From Mucilaginibacter sp. (GTDB taxonomy: Bacteria > Bacteroidota > Bacteroidia > Sphingobacteriales > Sphingobacteriaceae), in the NCBI GenBank assembly GCA_028288285.1, contig JAQBNZ010000129.1:31390-95389 (forward strand): DNA of 64,000 nucleotides, read 5' to 3'. The notes under the pieces are model-generated. The model saw only the letters and a program-made list of their open reading frames with translations. It ran no database searches and was not told where the DNA came from. This document shows, in pieces, positions 10,185 to 20,125 of the stretch. Each line of letters opens with the position of its first letter. Position 1 is the stretch's first letter. The position numbers and the translations under genes are program-made.

Positions 10185-11318
10185 ATGTGTACAAAAAACG
10201 CCTGTTTCAACCCGGGGCAATGTATCATTCCCCCTTACATGACTATTAAGCTAATTTCAGCATCAGATGAAATGCAAGGCTTTACAAAATTAAGTCTGGG
10301 TAATTTCAGCGTTGATGAAGAGATGAGGGGACGAAGGCAGGCTTTTAGTAAGATAACACATACACAAAAGATAACGTTGGCTAATGAGCAGTTTCAGCCT
10401 GGTGATGGTGAAAAGGCCTCACTGCTGGGTATACAAAGTGAAGAAAGCTTAATAACACCAAAAGTAAATAGGGAAGTATATGATGCAGGTCATCAGCCCG
10501 TTCAGCCTGGTAAACTTGTCCGAAAAGAAGGAAGCGCACCGGTTGCTGACAAGGATGTAAATAATGTTTATGATTATGCCGGTGCAACGTGGGACTTGTA
10601 TTATTCTATTTTTGGTAGAAACTCAATAGACAACGCTGGCATGAAACTGATACAAACAGTTCATTATCGAAAAGATTACCAGAATGCGTTTTGGGATGGT
10701 AAACAAATGGTTTACGGTGATGGAGATGGAAAAATATTTTCTTCATTCACTTCAGATATTGATATTGCCGGACATGAGCTGACACATGGCGTGGTTCAAT
10801 ATGAATGTAACCTGGCCTATCAGGATCAAAGCGGGGCATTAAATGAGTCACTTGCTGATGTTTTTGGAGTTATGATAAAGCAAAAGGCATTGAACCAGGA
10901 TGTTAAAGCTTCAAATTGGCTTATTGGAGAGAATACATTAATCGGATCAAATTATGCTATTCGTTCTTTAAAAGCTCCAGGAACAGCATACGTGAACCAT
11001 CCGGACCTGGGAACTGACCCTCAGCCTGCTGATATGTCGGGATACAGCGCAGATCCGAATGATAATGGAGGAGTACATTTAAACTCAGGTATCCCTAATC
11101 ATGCCTTCTATCTCGCCGCATTTAATGTTGGAGGCTTTTCCTGGGAGAAAGTGGGTATGGTTTGGTATAAAGCAATGTGCAATAAGTCGTTGGTGCCTGT
11201 AAATGCAACCTTTGCCGATTTCAAAGCTGCTACCATTGCTGAATCCGCCAAACTTTTTGGGGCATCAGACAAGGTAACAAAGGCGGTACAAGACGCTTGG
11301 AAAACCGTTGGGGTATAA
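10185..11318 (+). CDS. M4 family zinc metalloprotease, protealysin-like
   Basis: Short propeptide with CIIPPYM, NAFWDG, HELTHGV, GALNESLADVF, GGVHLNSGIPN; no signal peptide. Confidence 0.92.
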   Translation: MCTKNACFNPGQCIIPPYMTIKLISASDEMQGFTKLSLGNFSVDEEMRGRRQAFSKITHTQKITLANEQFQPGDGEKASLLGIQSEESLITPKVNREVYDAGHQPVQPGKLVRKEGSAPVADKDVNNVYDYAGATWDLYYSIFGRNSIDNAGMKLIQTVHYRKDYQNAFWDGKQMVYGDGDGKIFSSFTSDIDIAGHELTHGVVQYECNLAYQDQSGALNESLADVFGVMIKQKALNQDVKASNWLIGENTLIGSNYAIRSLKAPGTAYVNHPDLGTDPQPADMSGYSADPNDNGGVHLNSGIPNHAFYLAAFNVGGFSWEKVGMVWYKAMCNKSLVPVNATFADFKAATIAESAKLFGASDKVTKAVQDAWKTVGV

Positions 11319-11331
11319 TTATTTTAGCTGT

Positions 11332-11610
11332 ATGAAAGTGAAACTAATACAGGGTGGCGGATTTATGGGGCGTACTAAATCTGCAGAGGAAGATCTTACA
11401 GAATATTCTCCGGACGTTAAGCAACACCTGGAAGATACACTTGAAGAACTTCAAAAATCGGCAACTGCCAATACTGATTCAGCAAAGCGGGACGATTTTA
11501 ATTATTTTATAGAATATAATGGCAACCGTGCACAGCTCAGTGAAGATACTGAACTTCCAAAAGAGTTGCACGGTTTGGTTGATAAGTTAAAGAATGACCT
11601 TAAATATTAG
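11332..11610 (+). CDS. Emfourin-like protealysin inhibitor
   Basis: Small protein directly after a protealysin-like gene, with GGGFMG near the N-terminus and RDDFNY. Confidence 0.75.
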   Translation: MKVKLIQGGGFMGRTKSAEEDLTEYSPDVKQHLEDTLEELQKSATANTDSAKRDDFNYFIEYNGNRAQLSEDTELPKELHGLVDKLKNDLKY

Positions 11611-11625
11611 CTTTTATTTGCTGAT

Positions 11626-11942
11626 AACTTCAAATCTTTTTATTCTGTTGCTCAAAAAAAGAAAACGATCAGGTGAAAACTTTAAACCCATTGTTTCAGT
11701 TACTACAAAAGAGGAAATGATAAAATAGAAATTGTAATTCATGATAACGGGACAGGCATTCCTCAAAAAAAGTTTATAAAATTTTTCAATCTTTTCTTAC
11801 AACCAAGCCAACAGGGCAGGGAACATGTTTAGGACTATCATTAAGTTATGACATTATAAAAGCTTAAGGAGGATAGATAAAAGTAGAATCAGTACGTGGG
11901 GAGAGTACTTAGTTTATTGTAAAATTACCTATACAAGTTTAA
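11626..11942 (+). pseudogene. Decayed histidine-kinase HATPase_c fragment
   Basis: Manual translation across frameshifts gives FYSVAQKKK...FKPIVSVTTK...IEIVIHDNGTGIPQK...FQSFLTTKPTGQGTCLGLSLSYDIIKA*GG*IKVES...FIVKLP, with internal stops and no N-terminal part. Confidence 0.85.
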
Positions 11943-12007
11943 TCTGTTAATTGTGAACTTCTATTTATAAAATTTCATAAGCCTTATATCATCAAAAACT
12001 GAAAGAC

Positions 12008-12994
12008 ATGAATTCATCAAAAGAAATGCTACCCGTTGCTGAAGATCCTGCTTTATCCAAAGAGACGAAAGCTTTTTTGGCTGCTTTAAATGCACCAGGA
12101 GGCCCCGGATTGGAAACTCTCTCGCCTGAAGATGCAAGGCAGGTATTGGTTGGCGCACAACAATCTGTTGAAGTTGATTATTCAGGCATAGAAGAAACAG
12201 AGAAAACTATTACTGCTGACGGTTACACCATTAAATTGAACATTGTAAAGCCTGAAGGTGCGACTGGTACATTGCCTGTATTTATTTTTATCCATGGGGG
12301 CGGTTGGGTACTTGGCGATTATCCAACCCATAAACGTATGGTTCGTGATCTTGTGGTGCTTTCTGGTGCCGCCGGTGTTTTTGTTAACTACACGCCTTCA
12401 CCCGAGGCACATTATCCACAGGCCATTAATGAGATTTATGCCGCCACCAAATGGGTGTCTGAAAACGGGGCTGAGATTGGCGTAGATGGTAAGCGTTTGG
12501 CTATTGTTGGTAACAGCGTTGGCGGCGATATGTCAGCAGTTACCGCAATTAAGGCGAAAGAACAGGGTGGCCCTGAGATTAAACTACAAATTCTGATGTG
12601 GCCGGTTACTAATGCTAAATATGATTGGGAATCCTATCAGCTATATGGCAAGGACCGATTTTTAACTGCCTCGCTGATGCAATGGATGTTTGACAATTAT
12701 ACTACTGACCAGAATGAGCGCAATGAGATTTATCATTCCCCTTTAAATGCTTCACATGAGCAATTGCAGGGTTTGCCGCCTGCCTTGATACAGGTAGCAG
12801 AGGCTGATATTCTTAGAGACGGAGGCGAGGCTTACGGCCGCAAGCTGGACGAAGCGGGCGTTGCTGTAACCACTATCCGTTATAACGGTATGATTCATGA
12901 TTTTGGGCTGCTCAATCCACTGGCACATATTCCGCAGGTCAAATCTCTTTTTGTACATGCCGCGGCAGAACTGAAAAAATATCTCGGCATATGA
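12008..12994 (+). CDS. Alpha/beta hydrolase (HSL family esterase/lipase)
   Basis: HGGGW oxyanion motif, GNSVGG nucleophile elbow, DILRD, GMIHDF. Confidence 0.92.
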   Translation: MNSSKEMLPVAEDPALSKETKAFLAALNAPGGPGLETLSPEDARQVLVGAQQSVEVDYSGIEETEKTITADGYTIKLNIVKPEGATGTLPVFIFIHGGGWVLGDYPTHKRMVRDLVVLSGAAGVFVNYTPSPEAHYPQAINEIYAATKWVSENGAEIGVDGKRLAIVGNSVGGDMSAVTAIKAKEQGGPEIKLQILMWPVTNAKYDWESYQLYGKDRFLTASLMQWMFDNYTTDQNERNEIYHSPLNASHEQLQGLPPALIQVAEADILRDGGEAYGRKLDEAGVAVTTIRYNGMIHDFGLLNPLAHIPQVKSLFVHAAAELKKYLGI

Positions 12995-12998
12995 TTAT

Positions 12999-13028
12999 TT
13001 GGCCGAAATGACTTTCATCTTTGGCCAA
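12999..13028 (+). terminator. Putative terminator hairpin
   Basis: TTGGCCGAAATGA/TCATCTTTGGCCAA imperfect stem right after the hydrolase stop. Confidence 0.45.
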
Positions 13029-13154
13029 TCTTGTTACTCGTGTGAATCGTTAAAACAAAGATTTCCAAATTTGCCTATCAGGTAGGGAATTGGTGAGATT
13101 GAGATTATATTATAAAATGTTTAACTTGCATTATTATAAACCCAGCCCATATTC

Positions 13155-14963
13155 ATGACTCAAACGCTTCGGCCGACCGGTATTGACGTGATTGGAGATA
13201 TTCCATGGGGGACACATTTTTGTCATTTCTACGAAACCAAGCAAGATCTGATATCCGTTCTGGTGCCTTATTTTAAAGCCGGGTTGGAAAATAATGAATA
13301 CTGCATCTGGATAACATCAGGGCATACAACAGTTGAAGAAGCATTAACCGCATTAAAGGGATCTGTGCCAAACCTTGACCAATATTTTGAACGCGGAAGT
13401 ATAGAAATACTTTCTCATCGGGATTGGTACCTCAGGGCTGGTCATTTTGAGTTGGGTAATGCCATTCAATCAATATTAGACCGCTTGCGTATTGCACTTC
13501 AGCAGAATTTTGAGGGCTTGAGGCTTAATGGTGATGAAGCATGGGTAGACAGAAGAAAATGGCATGATTTTATCGAATACGAAGGCGCACTAACTCCGGC
13601 TATTTTAGGCAAAAGGCTCATCATATCATGTGATTATCAATTGGCAAAACATGATGCGGCCGATTTGCTGGATATTGCAGCCCTCCATGAATGCGCAGTA
13701 GCTAAACGTAAAGGAGAATGGGAAGTGTTGGAAGTGCCACAATTAAAGAAAACCAAGGCCCAGCTTAACCTTGAAAAGAAATTGCTTGAACAACGTGTAG
13801 CCGATAAGACAGAAGAATTACTACTGATTAACGAGGAAGTAAAAATTGAACGTACCAAAAGAGAAAATACGGTGCTGTCATTAAATAGGTCACAATCAAA
13901 TCTAAAGACAATATTTGACACGGCCGATATTGCCTTCATACTGCTTGACAGTAACTTGCATATTCTTTTATTCAACGCTATAGCCAGTTACTGGTCTGAG
14001 TTGTCTTTCGGTGCCCTGTTGAAAGAGGGTGCATATTTTCCTGGGTTGTTTAACGAAGAACGCAAGCAATCACTCGTCAATATGATGAATGAAGTATTGT
14101 CTGGCCAGTCGCTTAACTACGAGACAAATTATTATATGCAGGATGGCAGCACAGAATGGTTTCGCGTTAGTATTGATCCTGTACGAGATATAAAGGATCA
14201 AGTTATCGGACTGTGTTACTCGGCAACTAATATTACTCAGGGTAAATTGATTGAATCAGCGCACAATCGTGTAAATGGCCAATTGGCACAACGTAATAAG
14301 GATCTGGAAAAATTTGCTTATATAGTTTCCCATAACCTCCGCTCCCCGTTGGCTAACATGATCGGTTTGGCCAAGATGCTTAAACAAGATAGTATGCCCG
14401 CATCAGAACGAGGTGAGTTAGAGGCTTTCTTGTTTCAATCTATTGAAAATCTGGACGATGTGGTACATGATCTTAACCGCATTCTGCAACTCGACACTGA
14501 CCATAGCCTTAAAAAGGAAAAAGTGATCTTGCCAGAACTTGTTAATGAAGTAGAGACTCGTTTTCAAGCGCTAACTAAGCATGATAGTATCAAAATAATT
14601 ACGGATTTTACCAAAGCCAATGAAATTTTTTCTGTTAAAAGTAATCTGCATAGTATTTTTTATAACCTAATTGCCAATAGCATTATATACCGCCAGTTGG
14701 GAAGGCCGCCTGTTATCGAGATAAGGTCGGAAAGTCAACAGGGTAAGTTAATCATATATTTTAAGGACTATGGGAAGGATAATTATTTGAAAAAAGGAAA
14801 AACCAAAGATAAATCATATGAAAAAATCGGCTTAAATACACAAACTAATGGAATAGGGTTACATACGGTAAAAAGTAAGGTGGAGGCATTAGGTGGTTCT
14901 ATTGGAGTTAGTGCATTGCCAAAAAATGGCACAGAGTTTCGTATTGAATTGCCACTGCAATGA
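13155..14963 (+). CDS. MEDS-PAS histidine kinase with degenerate ATPase domain
   Basis: N-terminal PWGTHFCHFYE (MEDS), PAS domain, H-box SHNLRSPL. G1 and F boxes are aberrant. Confidence 0.8.
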   Translation: MTQTLRPTGIDVIGDIPWGTHFCHFYETKQDLISVLVPYFKAGLENNEYCIWITSGHTTVEEALTALKGSVPNLDQYFERGSIEILSHRDWYLRAGHFELGNAIQSILDRLRIALQQNFEGLRLNGDEAWVDRRKWHDFIEYEGALTPAILGKRLIISCDYQLAKHDAADLLDIAALHECAVAKRKGEWEVLEVPQLKKTKAQLNLEKKLLEQRVADKTEELLLINEEVKIERTKRENTVLSLNRSQSNLKTIFDTADIAFILLDSNLHILLFNAIASYWSELSFGALLKEGAYFPGLFNEERKQSLVNMMNEVLSGQSLNYETNYYMQDGSTEWFRVSIDPVRDIKDQVIGLCYSATNITQGKLIESAHNRVNGQLAQRNKDLEKFAYIVSHNLRSPLANMIGLAKMLKQDSMPASERGELEAFLFQSIENLDDVVHDLNRILQLDTDHSLKKEKVILPELVNEVETRFQALTKHDSIKIITDFTKANEIFSVKSNLHSIFYNLIANSIIYRQLGRPPVIEIRSESQQGKLIIYFKDYGKDNYLKKGKTKDKSYEKIGLNTQTNGIGLHTVKSKVEALGGSIGVSALPKNGTEFRIELPLQ

Positions 14964-15014
14964 GCAATTAATGCTTCAAATAATGTTAACAACAGGGTAT
15001 CTGGAGTTAGCTAC

Positions 15015-15794
15015 TTATTGTAAATCTTTAATTTCTATCCATACCGGTGCATGATCGCTGGATTTCTCCCATCCCCGTACATGGCGGTCAACTTCTGCTT
15101 TTAATAATAAATCTTTAACCTGCGGGTTAAGCAAAAAATGATCCAGACGTAAGCCGGCATCCCGGCCATAGGCGTTTCTCAGATAATCCCAAAATGTATA
15201 AATCCTTTCATTTGGATACAGCGTTCGCAGTGCATCCGTCCAACCCTGGCTAACAAGCTTTTTAAAAGCTGAGCGTATTTCTGTACGGAAGAGCGCATTG
15301 TCTACATATTTCTCCGGCTTATAAACGTCCAACTCGGTTGGCATTACATTATAATCACCAATAAGTATTACAGGGTGATTAAATTTTAGCAGCTTTTTGG
15401 CATGGGCAGTCAGCCTTTCAAACCAGCGCAGTTTGTAATCGAACTTTGGGCCGGGATAAGGGTTGCCGTTTGGTAAATAAATACAGCCAATTATAATACC
15501 GTTAATAAATGCCTCAATATACCGGCTATGCAAATCTTCCGGTTCTCCGTCAAGACCACGCCTTGTTTCTTTAATTTCTCCATATCGTGATAGTATTGCT
15601 ACTCCGTTCCAACTTTTTTGCCCATTCCAAATAGCATGATAGCCGGCATCCAGTAAATCTTGTTCCGGAAATTTATCATCGGTTGTTTTAAGTTCCTGAA
15701 GACATACAACATCAGGCGCAGCCTCTTTAAGCCAACGAAGTAAAACCGGTAGGCGGCCATTAACGCCATTGATGTTATAGGTTGCAATCTTCAT
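15015..15794 (-). CDS. xth: Exodeoxyribonuclease III
   Basis: MKIATYNING, LQELK, YLPNG, GDYN, GLRLDH, SDHAPV. Confidence 0.93.
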   Translation of the reverse strand: MKIATYNINGVNGRLPVLLRWLKEAAPDVVCLQELKTTDDKFPEQDLLDAGYHAIWNGQKSWNGVAILSRYGEIKETRRGLDGEPEDLHSRYIEAFINGIIIGCIYLPNGNPYPGPKFDYKLRWFERLTAHAKKLLKFNHPVILIGDYNVMPTELDVYKPEKYVDNALFRTEIRSAFKKLVSQGWTDALRTLYPNERIYTFWDYLRNAYGRDAGLRLDHFLLNPQVKDLLLKAEVDRHVRGWEKSSDHAPVWIEIKDLQ

Positions 15795-15953
15795 TTATCA
15801 GTAACAACACCTTTAAAGCTAAGTTTGATAGGGCAACAAAAAAGGTAGTCCTGAAGTATTTGTTAGCGATCTTTTCTGCCAGCAATTTTGTAACTTCGTT
15901 TATTGAATAGAATAGGAGAGTTGGCTCATTAATAATGAGGTACTAAATACCGA

Positions 15954-17042
15954 ATGCTATTTTGCAATATGAGAAATACATTTTTAGCAATCTTATTTGC
16001 TTTTATATTTTTATCACTGTTCACTTCCTCAACTGTATTAGATGAACGGGTTATAGCAGCCGGCAGTCAGCCGCAGGTCAGTGTAGATAATAATGGTGTA
16101 ATCAGAATTGTATTTGGGCGGGATGATAAAATATTTTGTGCTTCATCACTTGATAAAGGAATTACGTTTTCAGATCCGGTATTAGTAGCAAGCGTTCCGG
16201 AAATGCATCTGGGCATGTCACGCGGACCTCAGCTGGCCAGTGGAGCGCACTACTCCATAGTTACTGCTATGGACAAAGCTGGTAACATCCATTGGTTCAG
16301 GCTTAATCATTTATCTAATAAATGGAAAAGCATGGGCATCATTAATGATATTAAAGGATCGGCGCCGGAAGGATTAATGAACATTGCAGCAGACAAGGAA
16401 AAGGATCGTTTTTACGCGGTATGGCTGGATATCCGGATAGGAAAGCACAACCAAATTTATTTTGCTGATCTTGCGGAAAAAGCAAATCAATGGTCAAAAA
16501 ATCAACTGGTTTATAAATCACCAGATGAACATGTTTGCGAGTGCTGTCAGCCACATATTTCTGTACAAAATTCAGTAGTTGCCATTATGTTCCGTAATTG
16601 GTTAAAGGGTTCCCGGGATTTGTATGTTTTGAGATCGTCCAATTCAGGAAAGTCATTCTTGCCTGCAGAGAAATTAGGTTCAGATACCTGGAAACTGAAT
16701 GGCTGCCCGATGGATGGGGGAGGAATTGTGGTTGACAAAGCTGCCTCAATCCAAACAACATGGCAGCGTAAGGGATTAGTTTATTACTGCCAGCCCGGCC
16801 AGCCCGAAGTATTTATAGGGAAAGGCAGAACCAGCAGCATTTCTGGCACAGGAGCGAATACATACATCAGCTATCAAAATACTGATACCCTTAAATTAGT
16901 ATCAATTAAAGATAAAAAGGGCCTTTTGATAGGTAATGGAGCTTTTTTGAAGATTGCTACCTTGCCTGAAAACAAAGTACTTTGTGTGTGGGAAAGGGAT
17001 AAAAATATTGTTTACAAGAAAATAAGTAGCAATCTATTATAA
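15954..17042 (+). CDS. Secreted BNR/Asp-box beta-propeller protein with CECC motif
   Basis: Signal peptide (start may be ATG 15969), SLDKGITF and SSNSGKSF Asp-boxes, CECC and GCPMDGG motifs. Confidence 0.7.
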   Translation: MLFCNMRNTFLAILFAFIFLSLFTSSTVLDERVIAAGSQPQVSVDNNGVIRIVFGRDDKIFCASSLDKGITFSDPVLVASVPEMHLGMSRGPQLASGAHYSIVTAMDKAGNIHWFRLNHLSNKWKSMGIINDIKGSAPEGLMNIAADKEKDRFYAVWLDIRIGKHNQIYFADLAEKANQWSKNQLVYKSPDEHVCECCQPHISVQNSVVAIMFRNWLKGSRDLYVLRSSNSGKSFLPAEKLGSDTWKLNGCPMDGGGIVVDKAASIQTTWQRKGLVYYCQPGQPEVFIGKGRTSSISGTGANTYISYQNTDTLKLVSIKDKKGLLIGNGAFLKIATLPENKVLCVWERDKNIVYKKISSNLL

Positions 17043-17069
17043 ATGTTACCCCGCAACACATTTTAGCAA

Positions 17070-18578
17070 TCAGGCAGATCTTTTTAATTCTTTTATTTCT
17101 GCATCTGGTCTAAACATTTTTACTACCGTACGTTTTATAGCTGATGATGGCGCATACAAATTATTGGTTATTTGGCGGCCGAAATTCTTGCGTAATTTAT
17201 TTCTGAACGAAGCACGCATGTGTATTCTTACCTTATCTTTATGAGTTTCGCCGTCCTCCTTCACTTTAGCTAAAAGCTTTAATGATAGCATTGCCAGTAA
17301 ACCACCTATTATGAAAAAGTAATTCCAGCCCTGTAGGTCGAGCATTTTTATGTTAGATATATTGCCGGTACTTTTAAACTGTAAATTCCATAATATTTGG
17401 TGAGTGGCAAAAAAATCAGCGAGTAAACCACCTATCATAGGTGCTATTGTTGAAAAGAATGCCACAAACATATTTTTAGCAGTAATATAAACTATAGCCT
17501 CATTTTTAGGTGCAAGCTTAATGCCAATATTGCTCAGTGCCAGGTTGATACCCGCGGTTGAAAGGCCGCTTATTATATGAATAACTATTAATATACCTAA
17601 AATAGTAATGGGTGATGATGGCATAGCTGTAAAGGCAAATGCCAGTATACAAGCAATGTAAAGCGGTGCGCATATATTAATAATGGTTTTGTTACTAAAC
17701 CTGTCGCTATAATTTCCCCAAAGTTTTAAGAATGCAATACTGCTTAATTGACTAATTATAGCCAGCCCTATTACATAAGAAAGCGGCAGGCCAATAGTCT
17801 TTAACATAAATACAGCAAAAAATGGTGTGGCCAAATTCAATGCAAATGCCCAAAGCGAATTAAATGCCAGCAGATTTCTGAAATTTTTGTTTTTAAGCGA
17901 TTTGCCAAACATGCTCATCACGTTATCATTCATTATGGTTGGCTTTGGTTCGGGCGTGCGTAAAAGTAAAAACACACTAAACATGCCCAATACGCCACCT
18001 GCTAAAAACAAAGTGGTATAAGCAGTTATTTCATGAGCGGGGTAATGCTTTTTAACATAATCTATACATAAAGCTGTTGCCAGGCTTAATGTAACATTTA
18101 GTGTTTGGGCCATACGGCTTCGTTTGCTAAAAAAGCTGCCGAGGCGTTCGCCTGGGATGAGGTCCTTCATCCATGAGTTCCAGCTGGCACCGGCTATGTC
18201 ACCAAATATATGCTGAAAGAAAAGCAGCATCAGCAACACTTGTATGGTTGTAGTGCCGGTAAACAGTAAGGGCATTACACCCACTGCAATAAGGGGTAAA
18301 CGCGCCAGTAAATTAAACAGCGCTGTGATGGCTTTTCGATTATTGAATTTTTGCACCAGCCATATAGATGCTAACTGAAAGATAGTAGTAAATGTTGGCA
18401 GGGCTGCAAGTAAACCTAACTGAAAGTTGGTAGCACCCATGTGTATAGCCATTGCCGTTAAAAAAGTGCCGCTGGTAAACACAATCATTGCTTCGGCCGA
18501 GAGGCCATCTGCAATTACATAATTAAGACCAGAATTTAACTGGTTGTTTGTAATTTTTTCTGTAGGACGTAAATTCAT
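17070..18578 (-). CDS. MFS transporter
   Basis: About 12 hydrophobic helices, WGNYSDRFSNK motif-A-like loop. ATG 18578 preferred over TTG 18596. Confidence 0.85.
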   Translation of the reverse strand: MNLRPTEKITNNQLNSGLNYVIADGLSAEAMIVFTSGTFLTAMAIHMGATNFQLGLLAALPTFTTIFQLASIWLVQKFNNRKAITALFNLLARLPLIAVGVMPLLFTGTTTIQVLLMLLFFQHIFGDIAGASWNSWMKDLIPGERLGSFFSKRSRMAQTLNVTLSLATALCIDYVKKHYPAHEITAYTTLFLAGGVLGMFSVFLLLRTPEPKPTIMNDNVMSMFGKSLKNKNFRNLLAFNSLWAFALNLATPFFAVFMLKTIGLPLSYVIGLAIISQLSSIAFLKLWGNYSDRFSNKTIINICAPLYIACILAFAFTAMPSSPITILGILIVIHIISGLSTAGINLALSNIGIKLAPKNEAIVYITAKNMFVAFFSTIAPMIGGLLADFFATHQILWNLQFKSTGNISNIKMLDLQGWNYFFIIGGLLAMLSLKLLAKVKEDGETHKDKVRIHMRASFRNKLRKNFGRQITNNLYAPSSAIKRTVVKMFRPDAEIKELKRSA

Positions 18579-18729
18579 AAATAATAACAGCCGCAACGCA
18601 ACTGTAGATTTTGAATTTTAATAAATAGTAATTAAATAGGGGGCAGACTTTTGGCCTGCATGTTATAAACATACAAATTGCTTGCCGTAGTATCTTGTAA
18701 GTTAATTTTTTTTAAAAATGATGATTTTC

Positions 18730-18756
18730 AATAAGTTAACCATTGGTTAACTTATT
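18730..18756. promoter_or_regulatory. 27-bp perfect palindrome, candidate operator
   Basis: AATAAGTTAACCA-T-TGGTTAACTTATT in the divergent MFS/glycosyltransferase intergenic region. Confidence 0.45.
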
Positions 18757-19145
18757 TGACATTATGCCATTATTGCAGAAAGTGGGAAAGATGCAAGAAT
18801 AAATTTTGCAAGTTGTTGATATATGTCATAAACTCTTATATGTCTCTCTTAAATAAAAGACTTATAAAAGCGACTTGTTTTTAATTTTTGAGTATGTAAT
18901 TGTGGGTTTAGCATCAAATTTATGTTCAGCAAAGCAGAAGCGTTTGTAATAATAAGTGGACATTATAGTATTCCTAAAAAGTTTAAAATTCATTTTTCTT
19001 CATAGAATTTATCAAATTTTCAATTTTTTTGTGAAAAGTAAAGCCAAATTAACAATCTTATAATGAAAGTAATTTATTTATAGGTTAATAAGCGCTTTGG
19101 CTTTGTTCTTGTTCATTAAAAATATTGTTTCATATAGCGATAATT

Positions 19146-20114
19146 ATGCAAAGCAGAATAAAGGTTTTTACATGGCACATTCATGGTAGTTATTTATACT
19201 ATCTGTCACAGGGTAATTACGATATATACATACCTACAAAAACAGAAAAAACAGAAGGATATTATGGCAGGGGAGAAACATTCCCGTTTGGCAATAATGT
19301 GATTGAGGTGCCTGCAGAGGAAGTTAAAGATTATCAATTTGATTGTATTCTGTTTCAAACCAATAACAATTACCAGATTGATCAATATGAAATACTTTCA
19401 GCAGAGCAACGCGAACTACCCCAAATTTATCTGGAGCATGACCCTCCCCGCCAACACCCCACAGATACCAAGCATATAATAAACAACCCAGATGTGATAT
19501 TGGTGCACGTTACGCACTTTAATAAACTAATGTGGGATAATAACAATACACCAACCCGTGTAATAGAGCATGGAGTTACAGTGCCTAAAGCTATATACTC
19601 AGGGCAATTAAATAAAGGCATTGTGGTAATAAATAATTTGCCAAGCCGGGGGCGTTTGCTGGGCCTGGATGTTTTTTTAGAAGCGCGCCAGCATGTGCCG
19701 CTTGATCTGGTTGGTATGGGTACCGGCGAGTTAGGATTGGGCGAGGTATTGCATCCCCAGTTACCCCAATTCCAGAACCGCTATCGTTTCTTTTTTAACC
19801 CTATAAGATATACCAGCCTTGGTCTGGCCATTTGCGAGGCCATGATGATGGGTATGCCGGTTGTAGGACTGGCTACAACAGAGCTTTCAGCAGTTATTGA
19901 TAATGGGCATTCAGGATTCATTCATACGGATGTCGATTACCTTATTGAAAAAATGGAATTGCTAATTAAAGACCCCGAGCTGGCAAAAGAAATAGGTAAT
20001 AATGGGCGTGAAGTTGCCATGAAGCGTTTTAATATACAACGCTTTGTTAATGATTGGGAACAACTGTTCATAGAAGTGGCATCACGCAAGAACAAAAATT
20101 TAATATCAGCCTAA
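19146..20114 (+). CDS. Glycosyltransferase (GT-B, family 4-like)
   Basis: TWHIHGSY N-terminal motif, SLGLAICEAMMMGMPVV, C-terminal RFNIQRFVNDW. Confidence 0.85.
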   Translation: MQSRIKVFTWHIHGSYLYYLSQGNYDIYIPTKTEKTEGYYGRGETFPFGNNVIEVPAEEVKDYQFDCILFQTNNNYQIDQYEILSAEQRELPQIYLEHDPPRQHPTDTKHIINNPDVILVHVTHFNKLMWDNNNTPTRVIEHGVTVPKAIYSGQLNKGIVVINNLPSRGRLLGLDVFLEARQHVPLDLVGMGTGELGLGEVLHPQLPQFQNRYRFFFNPIRYTSLGLAICEAMMMGMPVVGLATTELSAVIDNGHSGFIHTDVDYLIEKMELLIKDPELAKEIGNNGREVAMKRFNIQRFVNDWEQLFIEVASRKNKNLISA

Positions 20115-20125
20115 ACAAACTGCAT

